The notes under the pieces were generated by a model that was given only the letters and a program-made list of their open reading frames with translations, was not told the origin of the DNA and searched no databases. The position numbers and the translations under genes are program-made. A stretch of 52,464 nt of DNA from a virus (lineage: Duplodnaviria; Caudoviricetes), in IMG/VR virus record IMGVR_UViG_3300048999_000016, positions 1 to 52,464 of that record; one strand, 5' to 3'. Of this stretch, positions 45,969 through 52,464 are shown in pieces. The stretch's first letter is position 1. Every line of letters begins with the position of its first letter.

Positions 45969-46381
45969 TAGCGCACCAACCGGGATTGATTCGCTTGCTG
46001 TGTGTGAATCGCGTTAATGTTGCGCGCCACGTTGCCGAGTGCCCACGCTGCCGCAACGAACGCGATGCCACGGCCAATGTACGGGTGCCCGGCACGGTTA
46101 AACAACGCTGCCGTGCCATCGACAACCAACACCGTGCCAAACTCATATGCGGCAAGCCTGCCGGGTGATTGCACCACGAACGCCGGTAACGTGTGTTCGA
46201 TCATTGCCGGGTGCATCGTCACACCCTCACGCGTAGTGAGATAATCGCCAAGCGCACCGGCTGCAACTAAACCGTATGCGGTATAGTCAGCAGCATTGAA
46301 ATCAATGGTTTTGTGTTTGCGCGTCTCTTGCGCATGCACCGTAGTTGCGAGCAATAGGACCGCGATGGCTGCTGTTTTCAC
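45965..46381 (-). CDS. Signal-peptide/membrane protein
   Basis: MKTAAIAVLLLATTVHA|Q then hydrophobic helices, DYLTT..G...E..LP.FV. Confidence 0.65.
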   Translation of the reverse strand: MKTAAIAVLLLATTVHAQETRKHKTIDFNAADYTAYGLVAAGALGDYLTTREGVTMHPAMIEHTLPAFVVQSPGRLAAYEFGTVLVVDGTAALFNRAGHPYIGRGIAFVAAAWALGNVARNINAIHTQQANQSRLVRY

Positions 46382-46584
46382 GGCTGCCCCGGCCCGAGTG
46401 GATCGCGTACCGGCTCATCTAATGCGCGCTTATTCGGCGTCAAGTCTAGTTTGTATTTCGGTGGGCGCATCGCCGCAATATTCAAATGTTTGCGCACCGC
46501 GTCACACGCCGTTGTCGGATTGTCTTGACCGACTACATCGATACGCGCGATAACTTCGCCGTCAAATTTGATTTCCACTTCCAT
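46378..46584 (-). CDS. Hypothetical protein
   Basis: RBS GAGG; coupled to the next gene. Confidence 0.55.
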   Translation of the reverse strand: MEVEIKFDGEVIARIDVVGQDNPTTACDAVRKHLNIAAMRPPKYKLDLTPNKRALDEPVRDPLGPGQP

Positions 46585-46829
46585 TGCATTGCCTCGATTC
46601 GGGAGTTACAACCGGGACCATACCGCATCCCGGCTGTAGTTGTCTAGCTACTTTGCACTTTCAAACGCGGGGTATTCATCGCGCTTGAGTTAACTTTCAT
46701 TGTTGGCGTGCTCAAGTGCTGATTCGGTGGATGGTTGCGTCCGGTTGGAAGCACCGGTGACGTGAATGCAAGAACAAACAAATACAATAGTGCCATTGCA
46801 CCACCTTTCGGATACAACACCGTGAGCAT

Positions 46830-46942
46830 ACTGGCTCCCGGTTGCGCAGCTACCTGATGCCTTTACCCTGCCTGTTAATTGGGGATGCAAGGATATTCCG
46901 CAATCTTCCCCTTTGGCTGCGCAACCGGCAATCAATCTGCCG
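46830..46942 (-). ncRNA. Long-stem RNA element, copy 2
   Basis: CCGGTTGCGCAGC/GCTGCGCAACCGG stem; 21-nt identity with 47354-47374. Confidence 0.55.
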
Positions 46943-46948
46943 TGATTG

Positions 46949-46984
46949 AAAAAATGAGCCGGTGGTCCTTCAGTTACACCGGCC
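46949..46984 (-). terminator. Rho-independent terminator
   Basis: GCCGGTG...CACCGGC then TCATTTTTT. Confidence 0.65.
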
Positions 46985-46996
46985 CGTCAAGCAAAC

Positions 46997-47278
46997 TTAA
47001 ACCACAAATCCCGGTGATTCTGCCGTTACACGCTCGCGCTCGCGCGCTGCCTTGCGCTCAAGTGTCCACCGGGTCAATTCCGAAATGAACAACGCGTGAG
47101 AGATGTGCACACCGCGAAACACATATGCAATTACGCCGTTTGCAAAATGCCGGATCAGAAAATCCGATTTCAAAACCGTAATTCTGCGGTTGGGGTTGCA
47201 CGATACAATCATGTCGAGAAATTCAAGGAACCACGCCGTACTCATTTCCGGCTGGTATGTCAGAACGATTTCTTCCAT
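46997..47278 (-). CDS. Hypothetical protein
   Basis: RBS GGAGG before ATG 47278. Confidence 0.6.
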   Translation of the reverse strand: MEEIVLTYQPEMSTAWFLEFLDMIVSCNPNRRITVLKSDFLIRHFANGVIAYVFRGVHISHALFISELTRWTLERKAARERERVTAESPGFVV

Positions 47279-47303
47279 CGTATTGCCTCCGATGTTGCGA
47301 CTT

Positions 47304-47374
47304 ATTGATTCCCGGTTGTGCGCTGTGGCGCGTCCACATCGATTGTCCACGCACAACCGGCAATCAATCTGCCG
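47304..47374 (-). ncRNA. Long-stem RNA element, copy 1
   Basis: ATTGATT-G-CCGGTTGTGCG / CGCACAACCGG-G-AATCAAT. Confidence 0.55.
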
Positions 47375-47378
47375 GTGT

Positions 47379-47414
47379 AAAAACACGGTACGCCGTTGCA
47401 GCGTACCGTGTCAA
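47379..47414 (-). terminator. Terminator hairpin overlapping TTGACA-N18-TACCGT
   Basis: Perfect 11-bp stem ACACGGTACGC/GCGTACCGTGT plus T tract just after the DUF932 stop. Confidence 0.7.
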
Positions 47415-47417
47415 GGG

Positions 47418-48404
47418 TTATCTTGCGATTCCGGCCATGTCCAGTGCGACGTTAACCGCGCTGTTTTTCAGTTCGTTCGAGTTGCCGAACCACGCCGACA
47501 TCATGCGCGAATCAGCAGTGCGACCGCGACGGTGATCAGCGTAGTAGGTTACGCCGTTGACCGCGCCCCACAGAGTGCCACGCGCCGATTCCAGATTGGC
47601 ACCGGGTGAAAGGATTGTGTCATCCTTGATTTCACGCGCCACCTTCGTCAACGTGCCATCCTTAACGCTGATAACGTTGGTGTCACCCATTAGCTTGCAC
47701 ATGAAATCGAGCCATGCCGATTCGTCAATCGTGACGTTTGCGAGCGCCGCTGCATTCTCATTCGCACGAATCACGTTGCCGATTTCATCGGCCATCATCA
47801 CTCTGCAACGCTCCTTTTCGGCATCGGTGAATTTGGCTGAGTGCTTGAGTTTGAAAGGTGCCTTGCCTGCCGACCGTGCCGCGTCGAAGGTATTGTTGCA
47901 GACAACGCGTACCTGAGTGCCGCGTCCCTCAGTCTGTAAGCTGCCATCGTGGGAAGTGCTCAGAAGAATCTTGCCGGTGAGTTTGTCGCCGCCTTTCAGG
48001 GTAGTAGTTGAACCGCCGTTGATGTTCGCCAGTGCCCACACAACCGCGCCACCGTGCAACGCGCCTACTACATCCATCGTGGCGTGCCCGGCTTCGCAAA
48101 ACGAGTGGAACATTTCGATAATTTCCGCATTTTGCACCGGCTGGTAACGATCCGATGCAACATGGAAAACCTGTTGTGTGTCACCGCGAGTGATGGCCTT
48201 ATAACCGGGGATCACCAGATTGCGGTTGGAAGCATCCGCATCCGTGTTGCGCATTGCGATGGTGCGCGCTTCGACGGGCCAATTCAGCCCGGCTGAAATC
48301 AGCATTTCCATGCCGGTTGCCGTCTCATCTACGCGTACGCCAAGACCATGCCACGGTGTCTCGCCCTTGTATGCAATCTGGTTGTCTACGATGTTTGCAG
48401 CCAT
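47418..48404 (-). CDS. DUF932 family phage/plasmid protein
   Basis: ETPWHGLG, AGLNW.V, Y.PVQN, G.LHGG..VW.LA, SHDGS, VRVVCNNT, GTLWGAVNGVT...DH. Confidence 0.88.
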   Translation of the reverse strand: MAANIVDNQIAYKGETPWHGLGVRVDETATGMEMLISAGLNWPVEARTIAMRNTDADASNRNLVIPGYKAITRGDTQQVFHVASDRYQPVQNAEIIEMFHSFCEAGHATMDVVGALHGGAVVWALANINGGSTTTLKGGDKLTGKILLSTSHDGSLQTEGRGTQVRVVCNNTFDAARSAGKAPFKLKHSAKFTDAEKERCRVMMADEIGNVIRANENAAALANVTIDESAWLDFMCKLMGDTNVISVKDGTLTKVAREIKDDTILSPGANLESARGTLWGAVNGVTYYADHRRGRTADSRMMSAWFGNSNELKNSAVNVALDMAGIAR

Positions 48405-48467
48405 TTTGTTTCTCCTTGTTTCCGGTTTGTGCGCCGGTGCGCGTCTGTGTTGTTTGTTACTTCCACA

Positions 48468-48496
48468 ACTGTACACGTGCACCGGGACACTTGCAA
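48468..48496 (-). promoter_or_regulatory. Sigma70-like early promoter
   Basis: TTGCAA-N17-TACAGT with an AT-rich UP region. Confidence 0.6.
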
Positions 48497-48523
48497 ACAA
48501 AATCGTAAATAGTTTTCCACAGG

Positions 48524-48751
48524 CTACGTTGCCGTTTGTGTCATCGGCCCTTGCCACGCGACAAACTCCCAATCACGCGCCATCACATCGAAAGCATCCA
48601 ACGTGTAGATGACCGACCGCATGTATCCTCCGCTCATACGGTCATACCGGTATTGTTCATTGCGCACGTACAACGGGAAATGCAAACGCGGGTGCGCAAA
48701 CTTGCGCATGTCGCCGTTGACTGCGAACCGGGTTATTTCAATGATCGTCAT
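48524..48751 (-). CDS. Hypothetical protein
   Basis: Coupled ORF ending DVMARDWEFV. Confidence 0.55.
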   Translation of the reverse strand: MTIIEITRFAVNGDMRKFAHPRLHFPLYVRNEQYRYDRMSGGYMRSVIYTLDAFDVMARDWEFVAWQGPMTQTAT

Positions 48752-49422
48752 CGCGGTATAAACTCCATAATGTCATAGACACGCTTGGACGATCCGCACT
48801 GCCGGGCAGTCTCATGCACTACGCCGTCAATGACCGCAAACACATGGCCTTTAACGCCGATGATGCACCGTTTGGGTAGCAAGCCTGATTTCAGCACCTT
48901 GCCGACCGTCATCGATTCAGCAGCGCACAAACCACCGTTCAACGCAATTTTGACGCGCGATGTAATCGGCACAAACTTGCCGTGCTCGCCATCATAGTTG
49001 CTGCAATGGTATGACCACATTGTGATGCCTTGCCCATCCTTCCGACCGCGCGACTTGAGAAACGCATGCGCATCAGCATAGGGGATGCCTGCGGCGACCG
49101 CCAGAGCGTGCACGGTGCAGTCGGATTCCTCGTGGGGATGTGTGGCGCGTGCTACGTCCGTATTGACGCGCATAGACGCAAACCTGCGGCGATTGGCCCA
49201 CCGGCGTGTCTTGCGCACGATCCGCAAATCCTCAAGTAATCCGTTTTGCACCGGGAATGTCCAATGTTTGTTCTTGCCGTCCATACCGTGCAACTGTGGT
49301 GGGAAATTAATTCCGCTGTGCGTCTCCGCTGGCGTCAACGATTGAAATAAAAACCGTTGTTTACGCCAGTAAAACGCCGATTCATTGCGCCGTAACTGTT
49401 TCAGTTCGTCAAGTGTGGTCAC
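48748..49422 (-). CDS. Protein with a papain-like Cys/His motif domain
   Basis: DCTVHALAVAAGIPYADAH...GHVFAVIDGVVH; GTG start overlapping the upstream stop. Confidence 0.6.
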   Translation of the reverse strand: MTTLDELKQLRRNESAFYWRKQRFLFQSLTPAETHSGINFPPQLHGMDGKNKHWTFPVQNGLLEDLRIVRKTRRWANRRRFASMRVNTDVARATHPHEESDCTVHALAVAAGIPYADAHAFLKSRGRKDGQGITMWSYHCSNYDGEHGKFVPITSRVKIALNGGLCAAESMTVGKVLKSGLLPKRCIIGVKGHVFAVIDGVVHETARQCGSSKRVYDIMEFIPR

Positions 49423-49622
49423 AGTACATTCTCCGCATACACCGTCTCGGCTGCATCGAATTCTGTCGGCATCTGTTGTTCGCTGTTGGTTCCGCAATAT
49501 GTGAAAATCGCGTTGTCGCCGGTGCAATTGTCTGTTTTGACGTAACGCGCAACCGGTGCATTGCGCGTAATGGAAAATGCCGTGCCAATCGGCAATTCTG
49601 CGAAGATGCATTTCTGTCTCAT
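49419..49622 (-). CDS. Hypothetical protein
   Basis: FAELPIGTAF...YVKT; coupled ORF. Confidence 0.55.
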   Translation of the reverse strand: MRQKCIFAELPIGTAFSITRNAPVARYVKTDNCTGDNAIFTYCGTNSEQQMPTEFDAAETVYAENVL

Positions 49623-50047
49623 AGTGCCTTCCATGCTACGCAAACGTCACAGGTAAACACATTGCCGCGATGACCGCATGCAAGCACCGGTTCGACGTAC
49701 GGCGCGCCAGTAGATACCGCCGACCGCAATTCGGGGCAGTGTGCCTCGCACGTCAAGCAATTGCGCACCGGCGTGGTGTGACCGCAACAGCGGACACCTT
49801 CCCATTGCCACGTGCCCGGCTTGTACGTACGCTGACGCGACCGCTTGCCGGTAACTTGCGTGAGCACAAACAGCGAACCATCGGCCTTGACTGCAAACGC
49901 GCCACCGACGCGTGCACTCGTGTACCGCATCGCCGCTTCCCACGATGCGCCGCCTAGTTTCTGGCCCAACGCGCGCCAATCGGCGACCGTGAGCAAATCG
50001 GCATCTTGCGCCGCGCGATTAAAGTTAGTTACCGTTTTATTTGCCAT
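49619..50047 (-). CDS. Hypothetical protein with a Cys-rich C-terminus
   Basis: RBS GGAGG; CCGH..C..C, CGH..C.VC. Confidence 0.55.
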   Translation of the reverse strand: MANKTVTNFNRAAQDADLLTVADWRALGQKLGGASWEAAMRYTSARVGGAFAVKADGSLFVLTQVTGKRSRQRTYKPGTWQWEGVRCCGHTTPVRNCLTCEAHCPELRSAVSTGAPYVEPVLACGHRGNVFTCDVCVAWKAL

Positions 50048-50067
50048 TTGGAATTGCCTCCACACAC

Positions 50068-50096
50068 ATCCTCGCATTGATGACCGTGCATGTCAA
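50068..50096 (-). promoter_or_regulatory. Early promoter repeat
   Basis: TTGACA-N17-GAGGAT. Confidence 0.6.
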
Positions 50097-50105
50097 GCGT
50101 TTATT

Positions 50106-50342
50106 TTACAATTCTTCCAACCGTGGCTGACGATTCACGCGCCGACGATCCGCCATAAACCGGCGTTGCCAGTATTCCGACAACGGAATTGCCCTTGCAC
50201 GCTCGGTTGTCCAACCCCAATCTGATTTGGAAAATCGCACGCGTTTTAATCCGTCGTGACCGGGCAAATCCGCCACGTACCATACGGGTGCGTAACCGCT
50301 GCGCGCCCGTATGTGCGTCTGTTGTTCGCTGCCAATCATCAT
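50106..50342 (-). CDS. Hypothetical protein
   Basis: DWGWTT...AIPLSEYWQRRF.AD; coupled ORF. Confidence 0.55.
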   Translation of the reverse strand: MMIGSEQQTHIRARSGYAPVWYVADLPGHDGLKRVRFSKSDWGWTTERARAIPLSEYWQRRFMADRRRVNRQPRLEEL

Positions 50343-50506
50343 TTGGCCACCGCCAATACCGTACCGCCGTCTGATTCAAGGTTAACAGCCGTGTATGTGT
50401 TCTGATTTGCGAAAATGTATGCAATCATGCGTTTACCTGCGGCAATAGTACCGTTGAACTGCTCTGACATCTGCCATTTGCCGCCGTTGAAGTAATTGAT
50501 TGTCAT
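50339..50506 (-). CDS. Hypothetical protein
   Basis: ATG 50506 just after a promoter. Confidence 0.5.
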   Translation of the reverse strand: MTINYFNGGKWQMSEQFNGTIAAGKRMIAYIFANQNTYTAVNLESDGGTVLAVAK

Positions 50507-50515
50507 AATGAATAC

Positions 50516-50544
50516 ATTTTCGCAAACTACGCCGTGACTGTCAA
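50516..50544 (-). promoter_or_regulatory. Early promoter repeat
   Basis: TTGACA-N17-GAAAAT. Confidence 0.62.
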
Positions 50545-50547
50545 CCG

Positions 50548-50721
50548 TTAGTTTTCCACATTCTTTCCACCGGCAACGTACAACCGATACCAACCGTCCT
50601 TTTCGCACGTGATACGCACGTACCACCAATACCGCTGCAATGCCGTACGCGCGCGCTCTGCTGCTGCGCGCGTCGGGTGTGCCTTGCCGATCCGGTGAAA
50701 CACTCTTCCGCGCGTTGTCAT
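50548..50721 (-). CDS. Small basic protein (SPOR-like pattern)
   Basis: TRAAAERARTALQ..WYVRI....GWYRLYV. Confidence 0.45.
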   Translation of the reverse strand: MTTRGRVFHRIGKAHPTRAAAERARTALQRYWWYVRITCEKDGWYRLYVAGGKNVEN

Positions 50722-51062
50722 CACTCCGCGAGCCTCCGTTTCTCGTCCCTGATAAACCGCTGAAACATCTTGATATGTTCGTTGATTGCGTTTGCCGTGA
50801 TCGTCAAACAAACCAATTCTTTACACACCGCTTGTGGCGGCACGCCGGGATGCTTACGCAGTAATGACCGGTGCGTATCATCCAAGTATGCCCACACGTT
50901 GATTACGCGTTTAAGACCATGCTCCAATTCCGCCAGATGCGCGTATATCAGCGTATCGTCACCGCGGTAGCGTGTGCCGTACAGTGCCAACCGCTCACCG
51001 CGTGCAACCATATCAAATGCGGCTGCTTGCCGCTCGCCTGTATGGATATATTTCCAATCCAT
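50721..51062 (-). CDS. Hypothetical protein
   Basis: 113 aa coupled ORF. Confidence 0.5.
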   Translation of the reverse strand: MDWKYIHTGERQAAAFDMVARGERLALYGTRYRGDDTLIYAHLAELEHGLKRVINVWAYLDDTHRSLLRKHPGVPPQAVCKELVCLTITANAINEHIKMFQRFIRDEKRRLAE

Positions 51063-51202
51063 TTATTTCACCGCCTTTGGGAATCGAAACGTTGCGCGCA
51101 TTGGTGGCTGGCTGTTCCACGTGCTTTGCATCGGAACATACAGGTAAGAAAAATCGCCGCTGGCCGACCGCACCAGTTCCGACAGTTGATTACGATCCAT
51201 GA

Positions 51203-51409
51203 CTATTTGCATATGGGTTTTGCCTCCAGCTTGACGTTGCGCATGTTGAGTGCGCTGTGCTTAAATGTTGCCGAGTATTGATTCGCCGACCGTAACGCCA
51301 TTGCGCAAGCCGCTTCTGGCGTCTTGGCGCTAAAATCGCCCCAATTGCCATTTCCGCCGTTTGCGACGTTCCGCACGTTGTACCTAACGAACTGTTGACG
51401 TTTTGCCAT
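51203..51409 (-). CDS. Hypothetical protein (leaderless)
   Basis: ATG six nt after the -10. Confidence 0.5.
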   Translation of the reverse strand: MAKRQQFVRYNVRNVANGGNGNWGDFSAKTPEAACAMALRSANQYSATFKHSALNMRNVKLEAKPICK

Positions 51410-51415
51410 ACACAC

Positions 51416-51444
51416 ATTCTCGCACGTACGCCGTAACGTGTCAA
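51416..51444 (-). promoter_or_regulatory. Early promoter repeat
   Basis: TTGACA-N17-GAGAAT. Confidence 0.65.
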
Positions 51445-51470
51445 CAAAAATCTGCAAATAAAATTAGCAC

Positions 51471-51686
51471 CTACACCGAAACGGTATAGGTGCTGATGAT
51501 GAATTTGGCCCGGTTGATTGTCTGCCGTGCTTCCAGCATTGCGCCATGCAACATTTGTTCTTGCGCATCGCTCAAGAGCGATAGCGCGATGTGGTGTGCG
51601 TCGGTGCATGACTGCGAAATAAGATCGCGGATGTCTTGAATCATGCATCCGAACATCATCGTTTGTGCTTCCACCGTCATTGCCAT
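51471..51686 (-). CDS. Hypothetical protein
   Basis: SLLSDAQE......EARQTINRAKFII; TAATG coupling. Confidence 0.6.
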   Translation of the reverse strand: MAMTVEAQTMMFGCMIQDIRDLISQSCTDAHHIALSLLSDAQEQMLHGAMLEARQTINRAKFIISTYTVSV

Positions 51687-51829
51687 TACCGCACCATCCT
51701 TGTGTTTAAGATCACACCGCCGTACGCTGATACTGCCTGATGCTCTGCTGCCCACACGTCGTGCGCTTGCACGTTGTGGCTGTGTTTGTTGCCCTTAGTT
51801 GCCATCACGACCGTGTATGTATTAAGCAT
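51686..51829 (-). CDS. 47-aa hypothetical protein (leaderless, not in track)
   Basis: MLNTYTVVMATKGNKHSHNVQAHDVWAAEHQA...; starts six nt after the -10 and is coupled to the next gene. Confidence 0.5.
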   Translation of the reverse strand: MLNTYTVVMATKGNKHSHNVQAHDVWAAEHQAVSAYGGVILNTRMVR

Positions 51830-51835
51830 GAATAC

Positions 51836-51865
51836 ATATTCACACGTCACGGTGCACCGTGTCAA
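51836..51865 (-). promoter_or_regulatory. Early promoter repeat
   Basis: TTGACA-N18-GAATAT. Confidence 0.6.
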
Positions 51866-51877
51866 TGTTAATTGCAG

Positions 51878-52114
51878 TTATTTTTGCAATCGCATTTCAA
51901 GTTCCGCAAACAGTACATCGGCGAATTTAGCAGCAAACGCGGTTGGATCGTAATACATACCGGTGTTTGTTGCGCCGACGAACTGCAAAGCAGCACAAGC
52001 GAACTGTGTCCACAGTTGCCTTTGCTCTGTTGTAGCTAGTACCGTATCCGGTGTGGTGTACGGCTTCTGATTTGCGTTTATTCCGTCAGTGGTGGACGGT
52101 TGACGTTGTAACAT
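51878..52114 (-). CDS. Hypothetical protein
   Basis: RBS AAGGAG; W.QFACAAL...AAKFADVL.AEL. Confidence 0.6.
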   Translation of the reverse strand: MLQRQPSTTDGINANQKPYTTPDTVLATTEQRQLWTQFACAALQFVGATNTGMYYDPTAFAAKFADVLFAELEMRLQK

Positions 52115-52464
52115 GATGTAACTCCTTTGTTTAGTAATACATATAAGATATATAATATATATATATCATATATATAATGAATAAGTACAGTAGAATCAAT
52201 GACGTATAAGAGATATAAGGTTTTTCCGGGTGCGCGATTTGTTAAATTTCACGCGCCGTGACCGTGCCACGTAACCGTACACCGTACACGTGATCGTCCG
52301 AGAGTGCCCGAGCGCGAACCGGCAAAAATATTATATCTCTATATGTCGTTGATTCTGAACGACTTGCGTGACATTTCCACTTTATATGCCCTTATATCTG
52401 TTATATCTTGTTGATTCTAACAAAGTTAACTCATTCGACAATCATCGAATCAATCGAAGTACGC
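52115..52464. other. AT-rich non-coding region with inverted/direct repeats (candidate replication origin or genome end)
   Basis: (TA)n-rich tract 52141-52178; AGAATCAA..GATATAA repeat at 52192-52218, inverted at 52331-52356 and 52392-52418. Confidence 0.5.

Larger units (their letters stand above)
1..52464. mobile_element. Near-complete tailed dsDNA phage genome (siphovirus-like, probably lytic)
   Basis: Complete terminase-portal-MuF-scaffold-capsid-neck-tube-chaperone-tape measure-tip module, plus endolysin and a PolA/primase/helicase replication module. No host genes, integrase or sheath seen. Confidence 0.96.

Noticed and set aside
46644-46935. ORFs 46690-46935 and 46644-46829
   Set aside because: Weak starts and no motifs; the first overlaps the conserved long-stem element, which explains the sequence better. 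A short peptide cannot be excluded.
1-52464. Prophage/lysogeny module, tRNA genes or stop-codon reassignment
   Set aside because: No integrase, repressor pair, att-flanked host DNA or cloverleaf was seen, and core genes are full length in the standard code using all three stops.

Overview
The window is a near-complete genome of a tailed dsDNA phage with a siphovirus-type, non-contractile tail module. It has no integrase and is probably lytic. The plus arm (2.5-14.4 kb) carries recombination and replication genes: Sak4-like ATPase, HNH, DUF669 SSB, Cas4-like protein, SF2 helicase, clamp-like protein and family A DNA polymerase. A divergent NrS-1-like primase-polymerase/DUF3987 gene runs off the left edge and is missing from the ORF track. 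The minus arm reads, right to left: early genes with repeated promoters, a fibre/decoration cluster, lysis, terminase, head and tail. The most striking signal is the fibre cluster at 35-43 kb. Four fibre/spike-like proteins there carry Sec-type signal peptides and even numbers of cysteines (10, 14, 6, 2), while three neighbouring signal-less fibre/cement proteins have 0, 0 and 1. This suggests virion appendages that are exported, folded by disulfide bonding in the periplasm and added at or after lysis. Other notable items are a PolA lacking the motif B Tyr-Gly, an apparently catalytically dead Cas4-like protein, a promoter-hairpin-terminator sRNA, repeated long RNA stems, a pseudoknotted switch-like intergenic element and apparent absence of CCWGG. 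Several protein families suggest an Acidobacteriota host, which is an inference. All family calls are from motif recognition by eye; no database search was run.
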